64,000 bases of DNA from an uncultured Candidatus Saccharibacteria bacterium (GTDB lineage Bacteria; Patescibacteriota; Minisyncoccia; Phycocordibacterales; UBA12088). Of this stretch, positions 1 through 9,992 are shown in pieces. Position 1 is the first letter of the stretch. The number at the start of each line of letters is the position of its first letter. The DNA lies in NCBI GenBank assembly GCA_964531785.1, contig CAZHFF010000002.1, positions 93,851 to 157,850 of the forward strand, in the 5' to 3' direction. Below the pieces are notes generated by a model. That model was not told the origin of the DNA, searched no databases, and saw only the letters and a program-made list of their open reading frames with translations. The translations under genes and the position numbers were made by a program.

Positions 1-1254
1 CTTCTGCTGCTCACCCTGTTCCTATTCGCCGGCAGTCTCCTTATCGTGAGCATTGCCTTCAGCCTCGTCGGTTCCCAGGTCAAGACCATGAGCGAGCTCA
101 ACCTGAGTCTACGGAGCTACCAGATGGCGGAAGCAGGGCTCGAGGATGTCGTATACCGGATCAAGACGGGCAAATTCTACTCGAGTACCGAAACGCTCGA
201 GGACGCTGGGTACAGCGCGACGGTAACAACGACGGACACGACCGAGGGTAAGGACGTCCTCTCGGTCGGGAATGCCGATCAGCGGATCCGGAAGATCGCA
301 GTGACGCTGATCGAGGGCGACGGTGCGTCGTTCGGGTTCGGGGTACAGACCGACGTGGGCGGCCTCTATATGGAGAACAGCTCGGAGGTCGTCGGTAGCG
401 TCTACTCGAACGGTCCCATCGTTGGGTTCAACAAGAACATGGTACATGGCACCGCGGTCTCAGCGGGTCCAAGCGGCTCCATATATGAGGTCAACGCGAC
501 CGGAAGCATGTATGCCAACGAACTCAAGCGGTCTATTGTAGGCAAGAACGCGTACTACCAGGTCATAGATGCGCTTACCGAAGGTGCGGTCAGTGGGACC
601 AAGTACCCGGGGAGTCCGAACCTCACCACGACTAGTTTACCCCTGACCGACGCTAAGTTGGATGAATGGGAGACGTTTGCCGCTTCGAGCAATGTGGTGA
701 GCGGTTCGTGCCCACGGGTCTATAATACGGACGTCTCGCTCGGTCCCGGGAAGATCGAATGCGATGTGGAGTTCAGTGGTAATGGTAAGACCATTACCAT
801 CAGCGGCGTCCTCTGGATCGCCGGAAATCTGAACGTCCGTCAGGGGGTGACGATCAAAGTAGACCCGGCGATCGGGAACAAGAGCGTTCCGATCATCGTA
901 CACAAACCGAGCAATACGGAAACGAGCAGCCAGGTCTCGCTCGACAACTCGAACACCTGGGAGGGTAATGGCAATCGGTCGTACATACTGGTCGTAAGTC
1001 GGAACACGAGTGCGGAGGATGGCGGGTCCGAGAAGGCTATAGAGGTCAAGAATTCAGCTGGCGGTGCGCTCCTTGTCTATGCCGGTCACGGTGAGATCTT
1101 GCTCAGGAACAACGTCGACCTTACCGAGATCACCGCGTATCGGGTGCGGACCCAGAACTCCTCCCAGGTCATCTACGACCAAGGTCTCGCGAATGCGGTG
1201 TTCGAGGGTCCCGGCGGGTCGTATGTTATCGACTCGTGGGAAGAGGTGGAGTAA
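1..1254 (+). CDS. PilX-N-like pilus/pseudopilin-associated surface protein (5' end off-window)
   Basis: Frame 1 is open from base 1 (LLLLTLFLFAGSLLIVSIAF helix) into tracked ORF 46..1254. YQMAEAGLEDVVYRI resembles the PilX N-terminal motif. The rest is G/S/T/N-rich and beta-like. Confidence 0.45.
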   Translation, partial: LLLLTLFLFAGSLLIVSIAFSLVGSQVKTMSELNLSLRSYQMAEAGLEDVVYRIKTGKFYSSTETLEDAGYSATVTTTDTTEGKDVLSVGNADQRIRKIAVTLIEGDGASFGFGVQTDVGGLYMENSSEVVGSVYSNGPIVGFNKNMVHGTAVSAGPSGSIYEVNATGSMYANELKRSIVGKNAYYQVIDALTEGAVSGTKYPGSPNLTTTSLPLTDAKLDEWETFAASSNVVSGSCPRVYNTDVSLGPGKIECDVEFSGNGKTITISGVLWIAGNLNVRQGVTIKVDPAIGNKSVPIIVHKPSNTETSSQVSLDNSNTWEGNGNRSYILVVSRNTSAEDGGSEKAIEVKNSAGGALLVYAGHGEILLRNNVDLTEITAYRVRTQNSSQVIYDQGLANAVFEGPGGSYVIDSWEEVE

Positions 1255-1308
1255 TAGCCACGCGAGCGGTTTTGCCGTACCTGACCATACCTATGCTAGA
1301 ATGATCAC

Positions 1309-2073
1309 ATGCAACGGTACGTGATCGCGAACTGGAAGATGAACCCCGGCAAGCCCTCGGAAGCAAAAAAGCTCTTTGCGGGCATTAAGTTGGGTGTAAC
1401 AAAGGAACGGCGTGTCGAGGTCGTGGTGTGCCCCCCACACCCGTTCTTGGGTGAGCTCACCAAAGAGCTTCGCGGGAGTAAGGTCAAGCTCGGTGTTCAG
1501 GACCTCTCCTTCAAAGATACAGGCGCGTATACCGGCGAGGTGTCAGCGCCGATGGTGCAGGCGTACAAAGCGACCTACGTGCTCATCGGACACTCTGAGC
1601 GCCGCGAGCTCGGCGAGGGAAATGACCTTGTGGCGCGCAAGGTCGAGTACGCGATCGCGTCCGGCTTGCGCGTGGTCTTGTGTGTCGGAGAGCGTGAGCG
1701 CAGGGACGACGGAGCATACTTTGCGTTCATTGCCGAAGAGCTCACGACCGCGCTTGCCGGCATGAAACGGAAGGACCTTGAGCGGCTCATGATCGCGTAC
1801 GAGCCGGTCTGGGCTATCGGCAAGACCGCACAGGACGCCATGACGACTGAAGCGCTCTACGAAATGGTGCTCTTCATACGGAAAGTGTTGTCCGAACTGT
1901 TCGGTAGAGCATACGTGGCACGGGTGCCCATACTCTACGGAGGTTCGGCAAAAGCGGAGAACGCGGCAGAGCTCGTAACGGAGGGCGGCACCGACGGTCT
2001 GTTGGTCGGTAGCGCATCGCTCGTGAGCAAAGAGTTTACCAAGATAGTCGCTGCAGTGGGTGCAGTGCGTTAA
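1309..2073 (+). CDS. tpiA: triosephosphate isomerase
   Basis: ANWKMN, IGHSERR and AYEPVWAIGKT motifs; 254 aa. Confidence 0.95.
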   Translation: MQRYVIANWKMNPGKPSEAKKLFAGIKLGVTKERRVEVVVCPPHPFLGELTKELRGSKVKLGVQDLSFKDTGAYTGEVSAPMVQAYKATYVLIGHSERRELGEGNDLVARKVEYAIASGLRVVLCVGERERRDDGAYFAFIAEELTTALAGMKRKDLERLMIAYEPVWAIGKTAQDAMTTEALYEMVLFIRKVLSELFGRAYVARVPILYGGSAKAENAAELVTEGGTDGLLVGSASLVSKEFTKIVAAVGAVR

Positions 2074-2090
2074 CACACCATACCATCTAT

Positions 2091-3236
2091 ATGGCAGAGT
2101 ATCGAACCCTTCGCGAGCTCCCCGAGGTGCGCGGCAAACGCGTCCTCGTGCGCAGCGAGTTCAACGTTCCGGTCAAGGACGGCGTAGCCGGGGACCGGTT
2201 CCGCATCGAGGCAGCGCTCCCCACCCTGCGCGAACTGATCGCGCGCGGAGCGCGGGTGATCGTCATCGCGCACCTGGGGCGCAAACCGGAAGACTCGCTC
2301 GCACCGGTCTACGCGGTGCTGCGGGAGCTCATTCCCGACGCACGGTTTGTTCCTGACCTTGTAGGTGACGAGGCGCGACGGGCGATCGATGAGTTGCCGG
2401 AGGGCGGTCTTCTGCTCCTCGAAAACCTGCGCCGCGACCCGGGCGAAACCGCGAACGACCCCGCGTTTGCCGATCAGCTCGCATCGCTCGCTGATTACTA
2501 CATCAATGATGCGTTCGGTGTTTGCCATCGGGCGCAAACATCGGTCGTCGGGGTGCCGGAGCGTATCCCCGGCTTCGCGGGTTATCTGCTCGAGAAAGAG
2601 CTGAGCGAACTGAGCAAGGGACTCACACCGGAGTCGCCCTCGCTCTTTATTCTTGGCGGTGCGAAGTTCGAGACCAAAGAGCCGCTGCTTGAGGCTGCGC
2701 TTCCGCGCTACGACCTGATCTTCATTGGCGGAGCGCTCGCGAACGATTTCCTTCGGGCAGAAGGGTTCTCGATCGGTGCGTCGCTCGTGTCCGACAGCGG
2801 CAGTGAGAAGGTCGCGGAGCTCCTGGCGAGCGGCAAGCTTTTGCTTCCGGTCGATGTGACCGTCGTGGGCCCGAGCGGCGTGAGCATCAAGCCGGCAAAC
2901 CAAGTCCAACCGGACGAAAAGATCGTGGATGTTGGACCTGAAACGGTCACCGCGCTCGGCAGCCACCTCGCGAAGGCTAAGACCATACTCTGGAACGGCC
3001 CCCTGGGGCTCTTTGAGGAAGGATATACACAGAGTACACTCGATGTTGCACAGCTCGTTGCGCACGCGGATGCGCTCTCGCTCGTTGGCGGTGGGGACAC
3101 GGTAGCGGCTATTCGCGATCTCGGCCTGGCAGCCGATTTCAGTTTCCTTTCAACGGGCGGTGGTGCCATGCTCGACTATCTTGTTGATGGTATCCTTCCG
3201 GGGGTCGAGGCGCTCAAGACCTCTCCACAGGCCTAG
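2091..3236 (+). CDS. pgk: phosphoglycerate kinase
   Basis: RSEFNVPV, LLENLRRDPGE, GGGDT and STGGGA motifs; 381 aa. Confidence 0.95.
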   Translation: MAEYRTLRELPEVRGKRVLVRSEFNVPVKDGVAGDRFRIEAALPTLRELIARGARVIVIAHLGRKPEDSLAPVYAVLRELIPDARFVPDLVGDEARRAIDELPEGGLLLLENLRRDPGETANDPAFADQLASLADYYINDAFGVCHRAQTSVVGVPERIPGFAGYLLEKELSELSKGLTPESPSLFILGGAKFETKEPLLEAALPRYDLIFIGGALANDFLRAEGFSIGASLVSDSGSEKVAELLASGKLLLPVDVTVVGPSGVSIKPANQVQPDEKIVDVGPETVTALGSHLAKAKTILWNGPLGLFEEGYTQSTLDVAQLVAHADALSLVGGGDTVAAIRDLGLAADFSFLSTGGGAMLDYLVDGILPGVEALKTSPQA

Positions 3237-3237
3237 T

Positions 3238-3879
3238 ATGCGGTACACACGAGCACACTATCTGGTACTCGGGCTCAATCTCGCGTACCTCATACCCTTC
3301 ACTGCGCTCTTTGTCGGGCAGGGAAACTACGAATTCTTGGGCTATGTCGCCCAGGTCGTGGTGCTCGGCATGCTCATCATCGCGACCCTCAACAGGACAG
3401 GGTTTCCGATCTGGCTGCTCGGCCTTCTGTCGGTCTGGTCCTTCCTCCACATGGCGGGCGGAGGTGTCGTGGTCGGGAATGAGGTCCTCTACCGTTATGT
3501 GCTCATCGACCTGTGGCGATCGGGCGAGGACGTCATTCTCAAGTTCGATCAGGTCCTCCACTTCTACGGGTTCTTTGTCGCGACGTTCGTTTCGTACTGG
3601 CTCCTTGTGCCGCAGCTTCGGCCAGGAGCACGTGTCGGTGTTGTTGCGTTCATTGCGGCCATGGCCGGTATGGGATTTGGAGCCTTGAACGAGGTGGTCG
3701 AGTTTACCGCGTACGCGCTCCTGCCTGCGACCGGAGTCGGTGGGTACCTCAACACGGCGCTCGATCTTGTGGCCAATGGGCTCGGGGCGATCGTTGCTGC
3801 GTTCGTGATCACGTTCAGCGGCATGGTACAAAAAGAGCCTGATAATACTGAGCTTGTCAATACTGCAGAGGTAGCGTAG
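3238..3879 (+). CDS. polytopic membrane protein (possibly DUF2238/YjdF-like)
   Basis: Internal ATG at 3238, 1 nt after the pgk stop. Multiple hydrophobic helices. Shares a D..LH..G / NE..E / D...N.LGA pattern with the 60905 gene. Confidence 0.6.
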   Translation: MRYTRAHYLVLGLNLAYLIPFTALFVGQGNYEFLGYVAQVVVLGMLIIATLNRTGFPIWLLGLLSVWSFLHMAGGGVVVGNEVLYRYVLIDLWRSGEDVILKFDQVLHFYGFFVATFVSYWLLVPQLRPGARVGVVAFIAAMAGMGFGALNEVVEFTAYALLPATGVGGYLNTALDLVANGLGAIVAAFVITFSGMVQKEPDNTELVNTAEVA

Positions 3880-3915
3880 TCTGAAGCTGGAACCAATTGA
3901 CGCGAGGAGGTGCCC

Positions 3916-4320
3916 TTGGCACTCGTAGCTACCGAACCGATACCTGCGTCCTACAGTCTTCGTCAAGTGCTCACTGCACATACTGGCGTGCTTGAAGCGC
4001 ACGCATTACGGGTCGTATGTGAACGAACGTCACCGTTCGTTGCCACGGTGATCGTACTCTGGCCGGAGTTCATATTTGTTTCAAGGTCAGTCCTCGATCT
4101 TCGTGGTGTCCGGGTCAGCAAGATCCCACGCCTCAGCTGGCATCGGCTCATTGAGCTCAACAGCATAAAAAAAGTGACGGATCTACTGGATGTCGAGAAC
4201 GATCGTGCCGGACACTTACAGTACGCGGTCTACGTGAGCAGCGGCCTGCGGGATCGGAAACTGATCGGCCTCGTCATGTCACGGTCACAATACGAAGCAT
4301 ACGCTTTTTTTCAGAGCTGA
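3916..4320 (+). CDS. hypothetical protein
   Basis: ORF 3910..4320. GAGGAGG sits just upstream and an in-frame TTG at 3916 is the best-spaced start. A hairpin follows the stop. Confidence 0.4.
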   Translation: MALVATEPIPASYSLRQVLTAHTGVLEAHALRVVCERTSPFVATVIVLWPEFIFVSRSVLDLRGVRVSKIPRLSWHRLIELNSIKKVTDLLDVENDRAGHLQYAVYVSSGLRDRKLIGLVMSRSQYEAYAFFQS

Positions 4321-4326
4321 TCGACG

Positions 4327-4344
4327 GCCGCCCACCCGGGCGGC
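4327..4344. terminator. GC hairpin between convergent genes
   Basis: gccgccc-accc-gggcggc lies between the 4320 (+) and 4352 (-) gene ends. No clear U-tract. Confidence 0.35.
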
Positions 4345-4351
4345 TGGTTCC

Positions 4352-4774
4352 TTACGCATGCAGTGCGCGTATGGTCTGCCGGATCCGTTCACCTACAGCC
4401 TCAAGCTCGACTGGTGCTCCAGTATGCCCCTGCCAGTGCGTCAATCCGTCGTTCGTAAACCTCGGTATCAGATGGACATGCAGGTGCGGCACTTCCTGAC
4501 CGGCTGCGGCACCGTTGTTCATCTTTATGTTGATGCCGTCTGCTTTGACCGCCCGCATGACACAGGGCGCGAGGAAACGGACCGTTCGCATGACCGCTTG
4601 CCAGGTCTCTTCCGGTACGTCGAGCAGGTTCTCGTATACGACCTTCGGTACGACCAAGAGGTGACCGGGCGTATTCGGCGCAATGTCGAGGAATGCGCAG
4701 GTCGCGTCATCTTCATACACGATCACGGCAGGTACCTTGCGCGCTATGATCTTTTCGAACACGGTCGCTCCCAT
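4352..4774 (-). CDS. HIT-family nucleotide hydrolase
   Basis: HLHVHLIPR histidine-triad motif. The internal Met MGATVFEKIIARK is taken as the start. Confidence 0.9.
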   Translation of the reverse strand: MGATVFEKIIARKVPAVIVYEDDATCAFLDIAPNTPGHLLVVPKVVYENLLDVPEETWQAVMRTVRFLAPCVMRAVKADGINIKMNNGAAAGQEVPHLHVHLIPRFTNDGLTHWQGHTGAPVELEAVGERIRQTIRALHA

Positions 4775-4798
4775 AACGATAGTTATGGTACCATAGCG

Positions 4799-6217
4799 AT
4801 GACCCTGCTCGCTATGCGTACCACCAGCTACTCGTTCGACACACAAGGCTTCCTTTTCGTCTGCAAGGTGGTACTCGCACTGTTCGTGGTCGTCTTTGTG
4901 GTTCGAGCGGGCGGCGGCCTGGTGTTCGGGGAGTCGTTCGGTAAGTTCGCACAGGGAAGGGCGCTCGCAGAAGACGTTGCTTCAGAGTCTCTCATCGGAG
5001 GAGTGCTCGCTCGGCTCGCCGAAGGGGCACGCTCCGGCGAGACGTCGGTCACGACCGAGCAGATGCGTGCACATGCGATCGCCGAACATGTCCCGGCGCG
5101 AGGGGTTTTCGTAGGTGTGGACCTCGCCACGGAACTCCTCACGGTCTATCGCGACGGGCTCGTGGTCCAAACGATCGAGATCAAGCATCGGCCACAGGAA
5201 GGTACGCCGGACAGCATACCGACCGGTCTCTATAGCGTGACCGAGCTCGAACGTGAGCATTTTTCGCAGATCGCCAAAGTTTACCTGCCGGACCGGATCA
5301 AGTTCGAGGACCGGTTCTCCATACATGGTCCTCCGAAGAGCGCGACCGGAGCGCTCGGTGAGGATATTGCCCACGGTCGCTCGATCGAGCTTGGTGCTGA
5401 GGATGCGGCACGGCTGTTCGACCTCATGGACGAGGGTACCCCCATCTTTGTGCTTGCCGGTACGCCGCTTACCATGCGCGGTACGCTCACGGAGCTCGCA
5501 CTCAAGAAGGGCTCACTGCCGGCGCTCAGTGCCCGGAGTTTTGCGCTTGCGGATGCGATCACTGGCGAGGTGTACCTCGAGCATAACGCCGACAAGCGGT
5601 ACCCCATCGCTTCGATCACGAAGCTCATGACCGCGCTTGTGGCACACGGGACCTACCCGGTGAATGAAGAGATCCGCGCGCCTGGCGGCGATCGGTACGT
5701 GATCGGCGATCTGTACTACCCGCTTTTACTTCGTTCGGACAATGCGGTCGCGCATGCGCTCGCGGCCCACGGTGGGACGCCCGTATTCCTTGCACGCATG
5801 AATACCCAGGCACGCGCGATAGGTATGTATCAAACCTCGTTCTCGGATAGCTCGGGCCTCTCCGCGCGCAACACCTCGACCGCACACGATCTGAGCGTTC
5901 TTGGGCGCTACCTGTACCACCAGAAACGGTTCCTGCTCGACATATCGAGCGCGGACCGGATGACCATAACCGGTAGTCAAGGAACGGTGTGGAACATGGT
6001 GAACCAGAACAAGCTCGCGCCCGAGGCGCAGTTCATAGGTGGCAAGCTCGGCTATACCGATGCGGCCGGACAGACGTCGCTTGCGCTCTTTACGGTGCCG
6101 ATCAAAGATGAGGTGCGGGTCGTGACCGTTGTCATTCTCAACTCACGTGATTGGAAACAGGACACCCGTACGCTGTTGCGCTGGTTCGCGGAACAGGCGG
6201 AGCCGGTCGGCCGCTAG
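4799..6217 (+). CDS. D-alanyl-D-alanine carboxypeptidase (S11/PBP5-like) with N-terminal anchor and YkuD-like domain
   Basis: SITK (SxxK), SDN (SxN) and KLGYT (KTG-like) motifs. There is an N-terminal TM helix and a middle SIHGPP...HGRSIEL block. The ORF part 5' of 4799 is antisense to the HIT gene. Confidence 0.8.
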   Translation: MTLLAMRTTSYSFDTQGFLFVCKVVLALFVVVFVVRAGGGLVFGESFGKFAQGRALAEDVASESLIGGVLARLAEGARSGETSVTTEQMRAHAIAEHVPARGVFVGVDLATELLTVYRDGLVVQTIEIKHRPQEGTPDSIPTGLYSVTELEREHFSQIAKVYLPDRIKFEDRFSIHGPPKSATGALGEDIAHGRSIELGAEDAARLFDLMDEGTPIFVLAGTPLTMRGTLTELALKKGSLPALSARSFALADAITGEVYLEHNADKRYPIASITKLMTALVAHGTYPVNEEIRAPGGDRYVIGDLYYPLLLRSDNAVAHALAAHGGTPVFLARMNTQARAIGMYQTSFSDSSGLSARNTSTAHDLSVLGRYLYHQKRFLLDISSADRMTITGSQGTVWNMVNQNKLAPEAQFIGGKLGYTDAAGQTSLALFTVPIKDEVRVVTVVILNSRDWKQDTRTLLRWFAEQAEPVGR

Positions 6218-6237
6218 CGAACGTGTCAGTTACGACC

Positions 6238-7962
6238 ATGCGTCACGAATCATCATCCTCACCGCAGGCTGGTATCGCCAACCCACCCCTCCTGCAAACG
6301 CTCCTTGAGCGCATCGGACTATATACACACGAGCATGCCGAGCGGTTCCTCGCTCCGGACTTCGAACGGGACACGCATGATCCGTTCCTCATGCCTGACA
6401 TGGAAAAGGTCTGTGCCCGGATCGCGTACGCCCTCACCACGAACGAGCGTATAGCTCTGTGGAGCGACTACGATATGGACGGCATACCCGGTGCGGTGGT
6501 GCTCTGGGATCTCTTCCACAAGCTTGGGCATCGGAACATCGTACACTACACGCCGCACCGCAATCGGGACGGTTTTGGACTCAATGCCCGGGGACTTGAA
6601 ACCTTGCACCATGAGGGTGTTTCGCTCGTCATTACGATTGACTGCGGTATAGGCGACGTAGAGCAGGTCGCCTTTGCGAATACGCTCGGTCTCACGGTCA
6701 TCGTGACCGATCACCACCTGCCCGGCAGCGCACTGCCCGAAGCATTCGCGATCGTGAACCCAAAACGCGCTGATAGCGTCTATCCGGAGCCGATGCTCTG
6801 CGGTGCGGGCGTTGCGTTCAAGCTTGCGCAGGCGCTCCTTACCTACCAGAGGAGAGACGAACGGTTCGCGGAGCATATGCCACAGCCCGGTTGGGAGCGC
6901 TGGCTCTTGGACATGGTCGGTATGGCAACGATCGCCGACATGGTGCCGCTTGTCGGTGAGAATCGAGCCTTTGCGCATTTTGGTCTCGTTGTACTCAGAA
7001 AATCACGCCGACCCGGACTCCAGGCGCTCCTTAAGAAGGCGCGCGCACGTCAGCAGTACCTTACCGAGGAAGACATCGGCTTCACCATAGCGCCGCGTGT
7101 GAACGCCGCGTCCCGTATGGGCCATGCACAGGATGCGTTCCGGTTGCTGGTCGCTGACGATGAGGCAGAGGCGCAAGTACTTGCCGATGAGCTTGAGCGC
7201 ATCAATGCGGCGCGCAAAGGCCACGTGGCGGCAATGGTCAAGGAGGCGCGGATGCGACTCGAGTCGCGACAGGAGCTCCGGAGCGTGATCGTGCTGGGTA
7301 ATCCGGCTTGGAAACCCTCGCTTCTTGGGCTTGTGGCAGGTACGCTTGCAGAGGAGTACGAGCGCCCCGTTTTTCTCTGGGGACGCGAAGAGGGGGTTAC
7401 GATCAAAGGCTCCTGCCGGTCGTATGGTGGCGCGAACGTGTTCGCGCTCATGCAAAAGGTAGAGACGCGCTTCATCGAGTGTGGCGGACATGCGTTTTCC
7501 GGCGGTTTCAGTATCGAAGAAGCCCACCTCTTCACGCTCGAGGATGCGCTGGTCGAGGCGAACGGCGTCGCTGCAAATGAGGAGGAGTCGATGACACCCG
7601 AACCCATCGCCCTTTCCCCCGAGGAGGTTTCCTGGGCCACGTTCCGCACGGTGCAACGTTGCGCGCCGTTCGGTGTCGGTAATCCTCGGCCGCTCTTCCG
7701 CATAGGACCGGTCATGCTCACCTCGGCTCGAGCGTTCGGTAAGACCGGCGAACATCTTGAGCTGACGTTCACCAGGAAGGACGGGAGCACCATGAGCGCC
7801 ATCGCGTTCTTCACGCCCATGTCGCGGTTTGCGTGTGCGGGGGAGGCGCCTGTACTGGTCGAGGTGGACGGATACCTCGAGGCTTCGTATTTCAAACGCT
7901 CCCCGGAGCTGCGGCTCCGGCTGGTATCGCTCCGAGCGCTCGGTACATCCAGGCCGCTCTGA
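6238..7962 (+). CDS. recJ: single-stranded-DNA-specific exonuclease RecJ
   Basis: DYDMDGI and VTDHH (DHH) motifs and DHHA1-like GGHAFSGG. Start placed at Met 6238. Confidence 0.9.
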   Translation: MRHESSSSPQAGIANPPLLQTLLERIGLYTHEHAERFLAPDFERDTHDPFLMPDMEKVCARIAYALTTNERIALWSDYDMDGIPGAVVLWDLFHKLGHRNIVHYTPHRNRDGFGLNARGLETLHHEGVSLVITIDCGIGDVEQVAFANTLGLTVIVTDHHLPGSALPEAFAIVNPKRADSVYPEPMLCGAGVAFKLAQALLTYQRRDERFAEHMPQPGWERWLLDMVGMATIADMVPLVGENRAFAHFGLVVLRKSRRPGLQALLKKARARQQYLTEEDIGFTIAPRVNAASRMGHAQDAFRLLVADDEAEAQVLADELERINAARKGHVAAMVKEARMRLESRQELRSVIVLGNPAWKPSLLGLVAGTLAEEYERPVFLWGREEGVTIKGSCRSYGGANVFALMQKVETRFIECGGHAFSGGFSIEEAHLFTLEDALVEANGVAANEEESMTPEPIALSPEEVSWATFRTVQRCAPFGVGNPRPLFRIGPVMLTSARAFGKTGEHLELTFTRKDGSTMSAIAFFTPMSRFACAGEAPVLVEVDGYLEASYFKRSPELRLRLVSLRALGTSRPL

Positions 7963-7975
7963 TATACTGTCGTCT

Positions 7976-8401
7976 ATGCGAACGATATACCTCTATACCG
8001 ACGGTGGCGCACGGGGGAATCCGGGGCCTGCTGGAGCAGGTGCGGTAGTGCTCGACGAGAGCGGCAAGACCCTCAAGGAGGCGTCCAAGTACCTCGGTCA
8101 CCAGACGAACAACTTCGCAGAGTACCAAGCCGTCGTGCTCGGTCTTGAGACGATCAAGACCCACTTCGGCTCGCCACAGTGCAAGCAGCTTGCGGTCGTG
8201 GTGCGCATGGACTCCGAGCTCGTGTGTAAGCAGCTCAATGGCGAGTACCAGATCAAAGAGCCAACGCTCTGGCCACTCTATATCGCGATACACAACCTGC
8301 GCGTGTCGACGTTCCCTCACGTTTCCTTTGAGCACGTACCGCGAGCCGAGAATAAGCGAGCCGACGCCATGGCGAACGAAGCGATGGATCGGGGGAAGTA
8401 G
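7976..8401 (+). CDS. rnhA: ribonuclease HI
   Basis: YTDGGARGNPGPAGAG, NNFAEY, DSELV and NKRADAMAN motifs. TATACT lies 7 nt upstream of the ATG. Confidence 0.9.
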   Translation: MRTIYLYTDGGARGNPGPAGAGAVVLDESGKTLKEASKYLGHQTNNFAEYQAVVLGLETIKTHFGSPQCKQLAVVVRMDSELVCKQLNGEYQIKEPTLWPLYIAIHNLRVSTFPHVSFEHVPRAENKRADAMANEAMDRGK

Positions 8402-8498
8402 CGGGAGCAGACGGGACATATGTTTTGCAGTTCCGTGTTGCACCAGCACCGCTTTTAGTCTGGTGGAATCGGCCTCGGTCATTTATTGAAATGAGCAC

Positions 8499-9992
8499 AT
8501 GTACCGATTCATATACGCGCTCATTGGTGGGTGTATGCTGGGCGTGCTCGTACGTTCATATTTTGATTGGGGCGCTGTTCCGGTGTATCTCGTACTCATG
8601 CTTGGCGGTGCATGCGTGCTCGTGCTGCGATCCAGGTTAGGACTCGTTGCGGGTCTGTTCGTCTTGTCGGTTGGGCTCGGCGTTGTGCGGACCGAGCTCG
8701 CGCTCCGTGCGCTTGAGCCGTACCCTGTGTTTGCGGAAGGTGCCATGGTCGTGATCGAGGGTGTCGTCGTGCGCGAACCGGACCTGCGAGACACGAAGAC
8801 CCTTCTTACCGTAGACGTGGATATGGTCGACGGCGGGAACGCCGCACTGCGCATACGTGCGAGCGTGCCGCAGTACCCGGAGGCCGCGTACGGAGATCGC
8901 GTGAGTCTCAAGGGAAAGATCACGGTCCCGGATCGGTTCGAGACCGAGAGCGGACGAGTATTCGATTACCCGAACTACCTGAAGAAAGAAGGCGTGCACT
9001 ATGAAATGATGCGTCCGACCGTTAGTATCTTGAGTAGCGGCGAAGGGAACCCGTTCGTACACCACCTGCTTTCGCTGAAGCACGCGTGGCTTCAAGCGAT
9101 CGCCTTGGTGGTGCCGGAGCCCCGTGCAGCGCTCCTCGGTGGTTTGGTGGTGGGTGCGAAACAGTCGCTTGGCGAGACTTGGCTTTCGCGGTTTCGCGAC
9201 ACCGGGATCGTGCATATCGTCGTCCTTTCCGGGTTCAACCTGACGATCGTCGCGGATGCGATCACTCGTTTGACCCAGTTCCTGCCCAGGAGCGGCGGTT
9301 TCTCGCTCGGTCTCCTTGGTATCGCAGGTTTTGCTCTCATGACCGGCGCTTCCGCCACCGTCGTTCGCGCGAGCATCATGGCGGCGCTCGGGCTCACCGC
9401 GCGCTACCTCAACCGGCCGTACAGCATCGTCCGCGCACTGTCACTTGCTGCGCTCATCATGGTGCTGCATAACCCGCTCATCCTGGCGTTCGACCCCGGT
9501 TTCCAGTTGTCGTTCATTGCGACGCTCGGCCTAGTGCTCGGATCCCCGCTCGTCGTGCCGTACCTCACGTGGGTCCCCGAGGGTTTCCAGGTGCGCGAGA
9601 TCGTTGCTGCAACGCTTGCCACGCAGGCCGCAGTGCTGCCGCTCCTCCTCTACCAGGTGGGCGAGCTCTCGATCGTGGCGCTACCGGTCAACCTGCTGGT
9701 CCTTCCGCTCGTGCCGGCGACCATGGGCATCGGTCTAGTTGCAGGGCTTTTTGGGAGCGTTGCACCGGTCCTTGCGCTTCCGCTTGCGTTCGTAGCAGAT
9801 CTCTTGCTCTCGTTCATGTTCACGGTCGTTCATCACTTCTCGCTCCTGCCGTTCGCATCGGTCGGTGTTCCTCCCCTGCCGTTCGCCGTAGTCGGACTCC
9901 TCTATGGAGCTGTCGGGCTCTGGCTCCACCGTCGCTTCGTTCGAGCCGAGCGTGCGCTTAGCGTGCAAGTTTCTCGAACCGATCCGCAATGA
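8499..9992 (+). CDS. comEC: ComEC/Rec2 DNA-uptake channel (DUF4131 + competence domain, no MBL domain)
   Basis: 497-aa polytopic protein with an N-terminal OB-like region and then a long membrane domain typical of ComEC. Confidence 0.8.
   Translation: MYRFIYALIGGCMLGVLVRSYFDWGAVPVYLVLMLGGACVLVLRSRLGLVAGLFVLSVGLGVVRTELALRALEPYPVFAEGAMVVIEGVVVREPDLRDTKTLLTVDVDMVDGGNAALRIRASVPQYPEAAYGDRVSLKGKITVPDRFETESGRVFDYPNYLKKEGVHYEMMRPTVSILSSGEGNPFVHHLLSLKHAWLQAIALVVPEPRAALLGGLVVGAKQSLGETWLSRFRDTGIVHIVVLSGFNLTIVADAITRLTQFLPRSGGFSLGLLGIAGFALMTGASATVVRASIMAALGLTARYLNRPYSIVRALSLAALIMVLHNPLILAFDPGFQLSFIATLGLVLGSPLVVPYLTWVPEGFQVREIVAATLATQAAVLPLLLYQVGELSIVALPVNLLVLPLVPATMGIGLVAGLFGSVAPVLALPLAFVADLLLSFMFTVVHHFSLLPFASVGVPPLPFAVVGLLYGAVGLWLHRRFVRAERALSVQVSRTDPQ

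Noticed and set aside
4358-4798. 5' 147 codons of the 619-aa carboxypeptidase ORF
   Set aside because: Exactly antisense to the HIT gene. The TM anchor and catalytic domains start after Met 4799.
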